From NCBI GenBank assembly GCA_002633005.1, contig NMRA01000034.1, positions 2,771 through 66,770 of the forward strand: DNA of 64,000 bases. Direction: 5' to 3'. This document shows positions 1 through 11,918 of the stretch, piece by piece. Below the pieces are notes generated by a model. That model did not search any database and had not been told where the DNA came from. It was given only the letters and a program-made list of their open reading frames with translations. Numbering within the stretch: the first letter of the stretch is position 1; each line of letters begins with the position of its first letter. This stretch comes from Phoronis australis. Its lineage: Eukaryota > Animalia > Phoronida. The position numbers and the translations under genes are program-made.

Positions 1-2128
1 TGTGGCGGGAATGATCGTCTGAAAAACAAAACACCCCCTGCAGCTCTTCAAGTGGCCAATCAATGAAGCCTTTCGTGTCACGCCGTGGTATACAGTCATG
101 CTATTTGAGATTATATATAGCTCATTGATCATGTTGCTATTTATGGAGGACTACGTCAACTACCGTGAGGGTTCCATGCTATGAAAAATACGCTTGCAAG
201 GAAATCACGGGAATTTTCGCTCGTCCTTCTGAGCGGCTTTTACTAGGATCAAAAAGAGCACGGTGCTGGAGTAGGACACAGTTGTGATGACCGCAATGTC
301 CGGTGCGAGCAAGACCCACTTACATGTACATGTAAGTGTAATTACCCCCACCGTAAACCGTAGAAAACATCTCTGCCTGTGCATATTGGCGAATTTTCAA
401 AATGTATTAGCAATAAGTTTCATTAAAAGCGACTACCACGGCGGTATTCAGATGGATAAAAGAATCAAGTAAGGTTTTCGATTTTTAAAAATCCAGGAAC
501 TAATAAGCTAAAAACATTGGGTGCGTATTGATATACTCGTTGGATTTACAAACGCTGGTCGGAATTAACAATATCAAATGCATTATTCTTTTACTATTCT
601 TTCAATCTCGTTTAACCAGATTTTTTACTAGGAAAAAGATGTACTTAATTTGTGTCCACTCTTCATTTTGTATGACTGACATCAAGCTAAAATAGTTAAT
701 CAGTGCAACCGAAATTGTCCACAGATTCCAAATCTTCAGTTTGGCCACCAACATATTTGCACTTTTGTATGAATTTTATGATTTGAGTTCTATTAAAGAT
801 TAAACTTGAACTAGTGACGTGTAGTTTTGTTTGCTGTGAAATGTTTACTGTAGGTGTAATATGGAAAGTTCACGGATGGGTTCACACTTAACTTAACTAA
901 TTAGGTTTTGCTGGCGATCAAAATCTACCATCGTTTTGGTACTTCAAGTTTAAAATAAAATGAAAAGATATCAACCCGTTCCTAGTAAGAAAAAATTAGA
1001 CAGGAATATTAAAAATGGAACAACATAAACCGGTATGAAACATATTTAAAGCCATCTCTCCTTTAGGAAGTGTCCCTTTGCCAAGATAAACACAAATAAA
1101 CTTTTTTAGTCTTTTAGTTAAAACTATTGGCAAATGTCAGAGAAACCAATTTGGGGGAGACAGTAATGCTAGCTATTACCTCAGTTTCCACTTCTTTAGA
1201 TCATATCAACATCAACAAAAAGGGCGTGCTCAAGAGGCATCATAAAAGTTGTCTGGGGCTAAGGGAATCTGAGCGGTGGCCAGTGTCAGCGAGAAATTGT
1301 TCACATGTAAAAATTTCCCTCGAAAATAACAACCCCCCAAGACAAATGAATCGCGTGCAGGAAGTGCTATCTCATGGACAGGACAGAGGTCTGTATGTAC
1401 GGTGTTCGCACGCGGGCGAAACTCACTCCTTCTGGCATGCCTGTGAATTCTTTTGTCGAAACCCAAGCACTACCGGAACAGGGGCGGGACCATGTCCCCT
1501 ACAAAAGCCTACTTGTAGTTAATTCATGCGTTTGTGACGGAAGCGCCCTCTAGTGATGGAGAGTTCAGTCAAGGCTATGTCCGCTTCCAGAAGCCAGAGT
1601 GGTCAATTATATCTAAATAAAAAGGGGCGTCCATTCTTGAATCCCCACAAAAATATTTTGTCGGTTCGGGGGCGAGAGTCCCTTCTGCACCATAGAAATG
1701 TGCGTGTGAATGAAGTTGCCATAACTAGGGTGGAGTGTGCAAACAAATCTCCTACGGTAGACTGCCAGAGTGTCGAAAGGATGGTGCCTCCTCATTTGGC
1801 ATCATATTGATCGTGAACGCAGTCGAGGGACTCGACCCTTAAGAGACTGCCAAGGTTAAAGCACTGATTTTGAATTATGTTGATGTTTTTGAGGGCCCGA
1901 ATGGAGAGTTGGGTCTGACCGATACAGTCCGACATAAAATCCATACTGCGGACAATCATCTCAAGTTATATATACCGACCTGGGTAAAGAATTTGAGAGG
2001 GAGCTTATACATGTAGCTGAACGCTTAAAACTTTTGCGAATTGTAAAACACGAACCAGGCCCTATCGTCCACAGAGTTACAGTATAATTGAGCGTTTTAA
2101 CAGAACTGTTCTGCAGAGGCTGGGTATG

Positions 2129-2660
2129 CATCCGCGCACCCAGCCTTCAAAATGGGGGGGCTTGAATACATGATGTTATGGACCTTTTGCTAACAAAAAG
2201 CGCGGGCGGACTGATAAAAAAGGAAACACCACCGTGAATTGCGCGTTTGCATTTATTTACTGTTTTTTTTGCCACATTTCCTAGGACATTTTATCTCTCA
2301 GGGGCGAACCTTTTTGCCCACTTCNNNNNNNNNNNNNNNNNNNNNNNNNNNNNNNNNNNNNNNNNNNNNNNNNNNNNNNNNNNNNNNNNNNNNNNNNNNN
2401 NNNNNNNNNNNNNNNNNNNNNNNNNNNNNNNNNNNNNNNNNNNNNNNNNNNNNNNNNNNNNNNNNNNNNNNNNNNNNNNNNNNNNNNNNNNNNNNNNNNN
2501 NNNNNNNNNNNNNNNNNNNNNNNNNNNNNNNNNNNNNNNNNNNNNNNNNNNNNNNNNNNNNNNNNNNNNNNNNNNNNNNNNNNNNNNNNNNNNNNNNNNN
2601 NNNNNNNNNNNNNNNNNNNNNNNNNNNNNNNNNNNCCCCCCACCCCTGGGTGCGCGCATG
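2129..2660. mobile_element. MITE with TIR CAT(C/G)CGCGCACCCAG and 5-bp TSD, inserted in the Gypsy integrase (spans the N gap)
   Basis: gtatg|catccgcgcacccag ... ctgggtgcgcgcatg|atatg; removing it plus 5 bp restores ...LQRLGMLVYENHDDWD. Confidence 0.8.
2325..2635. other. Assembly gap (311 N)
   Basis: Run of N. Confidence 0.99.
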
Positions 2661-3624
2661 ATATGTTGGTGTATGAGAACCATGATGATTGGGATAATCA
2701 TTTACCATATGTGAATGACTTACCGATCTACTGTTCATGACAGTACTGGCTATACTCTATTCAAGTTGGTTTTTTGTCGCTCCTATTGCTATGATGGTTA
2801 GCAATCATGTGGATGCGTCATGCTTGGTTGAATAATGAATGGCTGAGGTAATTTGTCCAGAACTCTTTTGAATTTGCTACGGAAAACCTAGTTACAAAAC
2901 CGTTCTAGACGACAGAAAACATATTATGACTGTTAGAGTTTTGAAAAACTGGTAGGCTTACCCGTGACCCACCCTCAATAGAAATTGGTAAATTTGAGGA
3001 GGGCGGTTTTTTTATAAGTATTCACATACCGCTCAATGGAAATTGGGTAAATTTGAAGAAGATAGTTTTGTTTATAAGTGGAAATTGGCATTGGGTTGGT
3101 GCGGACCCTGTATAGTCGTATCAAAGTTGACAGGCTATATTTCAGAATTCAGGAAGGACTTTGTGCTCGTTCATGTTGTGCACGTGAATTACTTGAAACC
3201 CTGCATGGCCCAGTGGAAGGGTTGGTTCCCTGGGATGCTGCATCCCAGATGGTGTTCGAGGATCCCTCGGATGTCTTACAGGCAGCACCCAGTGATTCTG
3301 CACCAGCGAAATTCAGCTAGATACCTCAATTTAGTCCAGAATTCTAGGCTATGTAACCATGACATTTGACGATGCGTGGATGAGGGAAGGCTTCAAGCGT
3401 TTTCAACTGGGGACAGTCGACGCTGTTCGCAGCACCTGTTTCAGGTTCAATAAAATAAATCGATAATCCTATATTTAGTTGTCATCCAGTTGACGGTTTT
3501 GCACCACCTTTTTGGAAGGTCACACAGCCGCTGTGAGCTTTGCTATCTTGGTTTTTAATATAACGTGTTTAGTTTAATATCAGTTTACTGTTGTTAGATC
3601 AGTTTTTTCATATTTTAACATAAT

Positions 3625-5225
3625 CTATTCATTTCAACATTTAAGGCCTTGGCCCACATGTTTCATAAAATTTACAGGAAAACGCTGAGCAGCTTTTCCC
3701 TGAGTGCAGTGGCGTGAAATACGAATTTCTTCAGATTAATCTGAGCATTTATAGGCTCAGACATTTTCATAAGCTTTTAAAATTTTATGTTTATTTGGTT
3801 TACGCCATCACCACTCAGGTATAAATGCAGTTCTCAGAGAACAGTACATTTTACAAACACATATGAAATGGTATTCATCTTCAATAAGGGACACACACAA
3901 ACAACACACAGTATTTTTGGTCCACAAGGGCATGTCTACCTTTCTCTATCATCAAGTTAAAGTTGTAGCAAGGTAATTTAGCCATAACTGCTAAAAAGAT
4001 ATATGGAATATCACGCAACGGATATTTCAAAATCAAGTTTAAATGAGGAATATGTATTACGTTTTGAGCCATTCTCCACATCAAAGCTCCAGTCTGGTAA
4101 AAAACAACTTTTAATTCACTGCTCAAAAATGACAAGAAAAGATGGTTCGCAGCCAACTCCCTGACTGTACCATACCAATCCAAAACCATATCTTTGCAGC
4201 AAGTTCTTAACAGATGAAGTCCAATTTTTCCTACCAGCCTCATCCAATGTGACACGCTTGTCATAGACAGATTTTGGATTTCGACGTGCTGGCATTTTCA
4301 ACATTTAAAACCAATACTTGATCAGTTTAACAAACAACTTTATATAAATTGGACACCTTCCCAGTTCTCCCAGGACAGCATGATTTGGACAGTTACTTCC
4401 AGCACCCAGCAGTTGCTTACAGAATTTCAATTGGACGCGTTCGATACTAGAATATTCTTTAAATCCCCAAATGTCGCTGCCACAGCTAATGATTTTGTAT
4501 ACCATTTTATCAAAAATCTTAAGTCCAATTTTTGGTGAAACTCGTCCACATTTTGACTGAAAACGTTTAATTGAAAAAATTGCTTTCTGTGCCTTGTGCG
4601 ACAAAGTTCCCATAGCTTGCGTCCAGACTAATTTAGGAGTAAGGCAAATAATACCTTTTCTAACTACCGTTATTTTTGTATTTGTAAGGTTGACTTTCAT
4701 ACCCCAATCCTGACAGTATTCATGCAGAAGGTTAACTTGTTGCTGTTGTTTAAATGCTGTCTCTGCACAACCAACCACATCATCAGCGTATAGCAACATA
4801 CACATTTGAGGCAAATTCTCATTTACGTAAATTCCGCTATTTGAAGATTCTTTTTAGTAATCAACGAACTAACTCGTTCAAATACATACTTAATAAAAAA
4901 GGACTAAGCACACACCATTGGTGAGTACCAATATTATTACTGAAAGAGTCAGTTAACCCATGCTCAGTTCTTACATATGTTCTTAGCTTTGAATATATAC
5001 TTTTCATTAATTTAAAACACTACCATGAATTCCTGTTTTTGCAGCCCATTCCACAAAAACCTATGTAAAATGCAGTCAAAGGACGAGAACAATCCACCTA
5101 TATAGCATACGATTTGCCCCTGCACTTACTCAAGTACTTATAAACAATTCCTTGTAAGGTAAAAATTGTACTATGTAATTGTACTGTACCCTTTCTAAAC
5201 TTGAACAAGCCTGAGCTTCGTTAAA
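3625..5225 (-). mobile_element. Degraded 5'-truncated non-LTR retrotransposon (RTE-X-like RT and C-terminus)
   Basis: LLYADDVV, VQLKFCKQLLG, VLGELGRCPIYI..IKYW, NWTSSVKNLL..YGFG.VW; many frameshifts; 3' end gggccaaggccttaaatgttgaaatgaa. Confidence 0.85.
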
Positions 5226-5565
5226 AAGCTATTTCAATTGTGGCGTAATTCTCATTTAATTTTGATAATTATATTTGAATTTTCTAATCTTGACCACAAC
5301 GGTATGTTTTTGGTCAAAATCATCCCATATTTGCCAAAGATACGCCTACATATCCATATTAAAACACGGTTGACATTCCCGTGGAATTGTATTAATGCGT
5401 CTAACGTTATTGTTATTGCATTTCGTTTAATTGCCGTGGGCTTTAGAGTGATTTTTTAAATTCTCAAGACTTTGCTGTGTAACCATCTGCTTTTCACAAA
5501 ATCTTAGGCATTACTTAGCATGCAAAAATTTGACTTCCGGAATAAAAAAGTAAAGGAGTCCTTAA

Positions 5566-7242
5566 AGTCCTTGTTGCAAACTGCCCATGTGGTTCCAGTA
5601 TCCGAAAATACTTACTACATAAATTCTTATTTTCGACACCCTTTCTTTATATTCTTTTCGCCTTTCTTGCCAAAAGCGATTTTGTAACAGTATTTGACCC
5701 TTCTCTATGAGCGTATGATTACCGGTTGTCATCGGTTATTTCTGTACCCACATTTCCGGCTCATCAGTTCAGGAACTTGTCCTGAACGCCGCCATTTTTT
5801 CCTTGTAACTGAATGTGCTATGGCTTGCTCGAAAAGTCTTCATTATTTTGTTTTATTAGTAATATATCGTGATTCGTTTGCATATGTAGTGTATTTATAG
5901 TTTGTAGTTAGTGGTCGTTGATTTTTTTTGGAATGTTACGCGTACTTAGTATGTTAAAATAGCATTGGTGTTTAGTTCCTTACGTAGGCCGGTCGAACCT
6001 AGGAACCAATATGGGTCGAACCAATTTTTTTCGGTTTTATTTTTTTCCTCGTTTTGAAAAAGTACTTTGCTATCATCGGAAAGGTAGTACATTCTACTCA
6101 GTAAAAATCGAAAAAGTATCAAAATCGGGGCAAGCACTGTAAAGTTATTGCAAGTTTTGTGGCGAAATTTGGGTCACTTTGTTTGGATCGCGTCGGCCAT
6201 ATTGGAGGACAGCGGGATGAGTTACGAGTTTAAAACTTTGTGTAAATTGTTTTCGCCAACAAATTACGGTGAAATTTAGTTAGACATATCTTTACTTACT
6301 ATTCTGCACGATTTAGCAGTGTTCACCAAATTTCAGCCTCGCAGTTGTTACTCATTAAGTGATAAATGTGCTCACAATTCCCGTTGGACTTCGTCTCATT
6401 TCTGGCGGCACCTACAATGTCGACTTTTGCTGAACTGAAAGGCATGTTCAATCGGCTACTTTGTAATTTGTGAAGATTTAACGTTGATACATTTTGACAA
6501 ACGTTGCTACAAAAAAGAAACTTTGTTCAATTTTCGTGTTTTTTGTGTTTGTGGCCAGCGACCAGTTAGGCCTAAGGGTAGTCTTGGCGCAAAGCTGTAT
6601 AGGCCTACTAACAAGCTGTATTTTGACTATAGTCTTCACTGGTAGCTGGTGACTGAGGCTAACTAAGGTCTGCCGCGGCAGTGTGACACAGGACTAACCA
6701 GCCCGTAATTTCATGCAAGTGTCTGAAACTACCCTTGAATATATGCAGCATTTATCATTTGACCATTTTACTTCGACAAAACAGCTTGCAACCGCATGCA
6801 TTTACCGTTCGCCAGTGTCTGGTCTCGATCCGCACCGGGTCCGATAGGCTGCGGTCCCGAGTCTGGCAAAATAATTTCTGTCAAAATTTATTCGCCACAT
6901 TTCTTCAGCAAATTCCATAAAATTGTCCGTAGTTTGATTTTATCAAAATTAAGGCGCGCTGTCGATTTTTTTATCCCCGTTTGCTGGCTGGTAACAGTAC
7001 AGGCACTGCTCCAGTCGCACTGACGGCGTTTTCTCGGCCTGGGTTCCTGAATGAATTGTACTTCCGGGTTCGCGGCAAGTTCAAAATGGCGGTGTTTCTT
7101 CGGGTGCGAATCGTGAGTGGCGCGTTCATTTAAACTGTTTTCGAGTACGGATCGTGTATTAGTTATGGGGTAGGTACTTCTTGGATCCTTATAACATCTT
7201 CTAACCATGTAAAAAGGGTTAACAACGCGTGAGACAAGGACT
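5566..7242 (+). mobile_element. Kolobok-like non-autonomous DNA transposon, internally deleted copy
   Basis: TTAA|AGTCCTTGT ... ACAAGGACT|TTAA; colinear with 11919-14484 but lacks ~12905-13793; flanks differ from that copy. Confidence 0.8.
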
Positions 7243-7723
7243 TTAAGTTCAATACTGGGATTTTTTTGTTATGGGACCCCTGATAGTGGAATAAATAAAA
7301 TTGTAACACCAAGCGTCGCTATACACCAAGAAACAAAGCTAGCGGTACAGATGTGCCAGACACTCTCTGCACGCTTTAAAATAGTTCCATTTAAGAACAC
7401 CACTGTCTGTGACCTGGCATACAGATGTTTTATGCTGGGTCTTAGTTAACAGTTGTGTAAACAACCTACCCATATCGATTGAGCTCACGCCCTGAGCGAA
7501 AAGGCAACATTTCTTTTTTTAATGAGTAATACGTTTATTGACCCAGAACACATGTCATTAGTAGATACAGCTGGGGCTGGGTGGACCCAGCTACATATCT
7601 GTACAACTTTCTAAAGAACAATACGTCATACACATAGAACAAATAAGTATCGAGAAAATATCGAATAAAACTAATGATTGGGTGGATAATTGGTAGAGAT
7701 TGTTATAAAAAAGGAGACTGTCC

Positions 7724-8518
7724 AGTTAACTGAAATTGAGCTCTAAAACGAGGTTATGCTTTGGACGAAAGAATTAGGTGTTTTAATTTTAAAATTCAAC
7801 TTGGTCGAGATTGATATTTGAAAAATATAACATATGAAATAGATGTAATTATTAAAACCAAGAAAGCAGAATTGATGGTCACATAATTATAATTATTTTC
7901 AATTGCGAGCCTAGTTTTTTATCGTAATCAAAATATATATTTAATAACATCAAGTATTATTTCAGATCAATGACAAATCATCTGTTAGTCCCGGTAGTGC
8001 CTACCTCACCAGGACCTAGGCTAAGTTTGAAGCTAATAGGCCTACTCTTGATCAACAAATTAAACCAGATGAGACTAATTGCACATGACAGCAAAATGCT
8101 ATGAGCCACCACTGTCGAATATATCTTCAACTCGTCAACAATAAGACTAGATGACCTGGTTCGTGTAGAAAGCATTTTTATCAAGAATTTATTAGAAGAA
8201 ACGTAACCCTGAATTCAGCATGATACCTAATCAGTAACACTACGATAGCCTCAATTTGGTCATGTTTACTTTTCATGTTTCGAACCTAGTTTTCCAGAAA
8301 AAACCTATATCCTTTCGTCAGACAACTCTTTGGTGCATTGACTTGTTCTTTAACTGTATTTTTCTACGTCTCTGTGGTTAATCATTGATTTTTTAAGATT
8401 TAATATTCAGGTTGGACTCCAAAGACCGGCCATTTAACTCACGCAATGTAAATTTCCGCTTTGTTTATCGCAGTGAGCCTCGCTTTGGATTTTAATGTCC
8501 GCCGCGTGAATAGAGTCT
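7724..8518 (-). mobile_element. One-ended copy of the ISL2EU-like element at 29558-31341 (partial second copy at 10343-10645)
   Basis: Inverted homology to 29558-30315, ends GCGTGAATAGAGTCT|AT. Confidence 0.75.
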
Positions 8519-8887
8519 ATGCTGGCCACAGTCCTTTGTGACGCAAAGTACATGCAAATAAGTTTGACCCCATGGTTTTAAAAGTACATGCACAAATTTT
8601 GGGCAACTTAAATGGAACCATCTGTACTAATTACATAATCAATATTTATTCTGACAAAATGAAAGACATAATTTAATCAATTCCAGCTGGAATCGCGTGA
8701 CTTTTTCTTTTTGAAAGAATTAACAACTAAAACAGGCCAGAACCAATTATGCTAGTTTTGCTATTACATATATTTTCTTCCAAAATTCAACATTTCAGTG
8801 GCGGCCATCGCTAGTGTATCGTACACTGTGGGGGTATTGTATATGTATATACATGAAGCCTTTCATTGGAGTGATCTTGTTTTATAG

Positions 8888-9671
8888 GTATTTCCACGTG
8901 CCCGGTACAGCTTTAAACTCCGGCCGAAATTTACTGCATAATTACACCGCAACGTACTTGAACAAAATTGGGGCAATGTATCACATATTCATGGATGAGG
9001 ACGCCATTTTTCAAAAGACTGACCCTTCTCTTCTTGAACCAAGTGTCCGGCCGAAGGTAGATCTAAAGCTACCTATATTAAGGCAATATGAAAACTTTCT
9101 ACTCAGAACTAAACCAGCTGTAAGCACTTCTATCTATTCGACGTCGACTAATGCCAGGAGATTCAAGGGAGACTTTATTACCACATGTTGCAAGATGAAA
9201 AACGGAAGCAGGTTGCTATTTCCGGAATTTTTCCCATTGATAAGCTTCGACACGTGCTTCTTTGTATATCATGCAGACGCAGCTCCTCACTTGTTTCCGA
9301 TACCGTTGAAATACGAGTCAAAGTCGTGGTGGATGAGTGACATCATACTACCATTCAGAGTGTACGCTAAATATCGAGGACAGGCTCTTGTATATTCTCC
9401 AATGCACACCTTGAACCATGACCATGGGGATTACCCCAAAGTAGGCGGAAGCGTTGTTGGATATGACGTCGTTATGAACGAGGAACGGGACTTAGCGCCA
9501 TCTTCTATTCGTAATAGCATAGTATGGAAGGATCCTTTATTTAAAGGAAAGCGACAGCCTCCCTACTACTCAATGGTTAATCCACAGTTTGAATATGTTC
9601 CGTACAGTAAAAATCCAAACATGATACCATTTCACGCAGTTCTAAACGTCACTGGCAACGGGCCTATCTAA
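8888..9671 (+). CDS. Paralogous terminal (catalytic) exon of the putative glycosyltransferase, copy 1; first exon not found in the window
   Basis: About 91% aa identical to 26447-27233, same phase-2 acceptor (ttgttttatag|G), homologous upstream intron, intact ORF. Confidence 0.7.
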
Positions 9672-9792
9672 TATACATAAAACTGTCCTCAGACCCTGTT
9701 GGCCCACGCCTTTTTGTTTCAAGATCATCATATCTTCGTCTGAAAATGTTATCGCACCCTTTTCCACCTTATCCATGTGTGTCTGTATTTAA

Positions 9793-10341
9793 AGTCCTTC
9801 TTGCAAACTGCCCATGTGGTTCTTGTATCCGAAAATACTTACTACATAAAATCTTGTTTTCGACACCCTTTCTTTATATTCTTTTCGCCTTTCTTGCCAA
9901 AAGCGATTTTTGAACAGTATTTGACCCTTCTCTCTGAGCGTATGATTACCGGTTGTCATCGGTTATTTCCGTATCCACATTTCCGGCTCATCTGTTCAGG
10001 AACTTGTCCTGAACGCCGCCATTTTTTCCTTGTATCTGAATGTGCTATTACTCGCTCGAAAAGTCTTCATTATTTTGTTTTGTTAGTAATATCTCGTGAT
10101 TCGTTTGCATATGTAGTGTATTTATAGTTTGTAGTTAGTGGTCGTTGATTTTTTGGAATGTTACGCGTACTTAATATGTTAAAATAGCATTGGTGTTTGG
10201 TTCCTTACGTAGGCCAGTCGAACCTAGGAAACAATATGAGTCAAACCTATTTTTTTCGGTTTTATTTTTTATCGTTTTGAAAAAGTACTTTGCTATCATC
10301 GGAAAGGTAGTGCATTCTACTCAGTAAAAATCGAAAAAGTA
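9793..10341 (+). mobile_element. Left part of the same Kolobok-like element, truncated at the single-N join
   Basis: TTAA|AGTCCTTCT start, near-identical to 11919 onward. Confidence 0.75.
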
Positions 10342-11013
10342 NATGATACCTAATCAGTAACACTACGATAGCCTCAATTTGGTCATGTTTACTTTTCATG
10401 TTTCGAACCTAGTTTTCCGGAAAAAACCTATATCCTTTCGTCAGACAACTCTTTGGTGCATTGACTTGTTCTTTCACTGTATTTTTCTACGTCTCTGTGG
10501 TTAATCATTGACACATTTTTTAAGATTTAATATTCAGGTTGGACTCCAAAGACCGGCCATTTAACTCACGCAATGTAAATTTCCGCTTTGTTTATCACAG
10601 TGAGCCTCGCTTTGGATTTTAATGTCCGCCGCGTGAATAGAGTCTATGCTGGCCACAGTCCTTTGTGACGCAAAGTACATGTAAATAAGTTTGACCCCAT
10701 GGCTTTAAAAGTACATGCACAAATTTTGGGCAACTGCAATGGAACCATCTGTACTAATTACATAATCAATATTTATTCTGACAAAATGAAAGACATAATT
10801 TAATCAATTCCAGCTGGAATCGCGTGACTTTTTCTTTTTGAAATTATTAACAACTAAAACAGGCCAGAACCAATTATGCTAGTTTTGCTATTACATATAT
10901 TTTCTTCCAAAATTCAACATTTCAGTGGCGGCCATTGCTAGTGTATCGTACACTGTGGGGTATTGTATATGTATATACATGAAGCTTTTCATTGGAGTGA
11001 TCTTGTTTTATAG

Positions 11014-11797
11014 GTATTTCCACGTGCCCGGAACATCTTTAAACTCCGGCCGAAATTTACTGCATAATTACACCGCAACGTACTTGAACAAAATTGGGGC
11101 AATTTATCACATATTCATGGATGAGGACGCCATTTTTCAAAAGACTGACCCTTCTCTTCTTGAACCAAGTGTCCGGCCGAAGGTAGATCTAAAGCTACCT
11201 ATATTAAGGCAATATGAAAACTTTCTACTCAGAATTAAACCAGCTGTAAGCACTTCTATCTATTCGACGACGACTAATGCCAGGAGATTCAAGGGAGACT
11301 TTATTACCACGTGTTGCAAGATGAAAAACGGAAGCAGGTTGCTATTTCCGGAATTTTTCCCATTGATAAGCTTCGACACGTGCTTCTTTGTATATCATGC
11401 AAACGCAGCTCCTCACTTGTTTCCGATACCGTTGAAATACGAGTCAAAGTCGTGGTGGATGAGTGACATCATACTACCATTCAGAGTGTACGCTAAATAT
11501 CGAGGACAGGCTCTTGTATATTCTCCAATGCACACCTTGAACCATGACCATGGGGATTACCCCAAAGTAGGCGGAAGCGTTGTTGGATATGACGTCGTTA
11601 TGAACGAGGAACGGGACTTAGCGCCATCTTCTATTCGTAATAGCATAGTATGGAATGATCCTTTGTTTAAAGGAAAGCGACAGCCTCCCTACTATTCAAT
11701 AGTTAATCCACAGTTTGAATATGTTCCACACAGTAAAAATCCAAACATGATACCATTTCACGCAGTTCTAAACGTCACTGGCAACGGGCCTATCTAA
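11014..11797 (+). CDS. Paralogous or allelic terminal exon of the putative glycosyltransferase, copy 2
   Basis: 13 nt differences from copy 1 by my count, intact ORF, same acceptor. Confidence 0.6.
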
Positions 11798-11918
11798 TAT
11801 ATATAAAACTGTCCTCAGACCCTGTTGGCCCACGCCTCTTTGTTTCAAGATCATCATATCTTCGTCTGAAAATGTTGTCGCACCCTTTTCCACCTTATCC
11901 ATGTGTGTCTGTATTTAA

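Larger units (their letters stand above)
1600..3220 (+). mobile_element. Degraded Gypsy/Ty3 LTR retrotransposon pol remnant (RT/RNase H deleted, integrase interrupted)
   Basis: YVDVFEGPNGELGLTDTVRHKIHT (pre-RT spacer); integrase IYTDLGKEFE, KTRTRPYRPQS..IERFNRT, HDDWDNHLPYV..YRSTVHDSTGY; GPY/F-like W.GP..V and VVHVNYLKP; frameshifts and stops. Confidence 0.85.

Noticed and set aside
2239-2738. ORFs of 120-155 aa spanning poly-X
   Set aside because: Artefacts of the N gap
5566-7242. Remnant of a fourth segmental gene copy
   Set aside because: Homology is bounded exactly by TTAA and TIRs with different flanks, so it is an independent TE insertion
8814-8887. N-terminal extensions of the 285/290/265-aa ORFs as single-exon genes
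   Set aside because: Intronic: not conserved between copies, and a phase-matched acceptor precedes YFHVP
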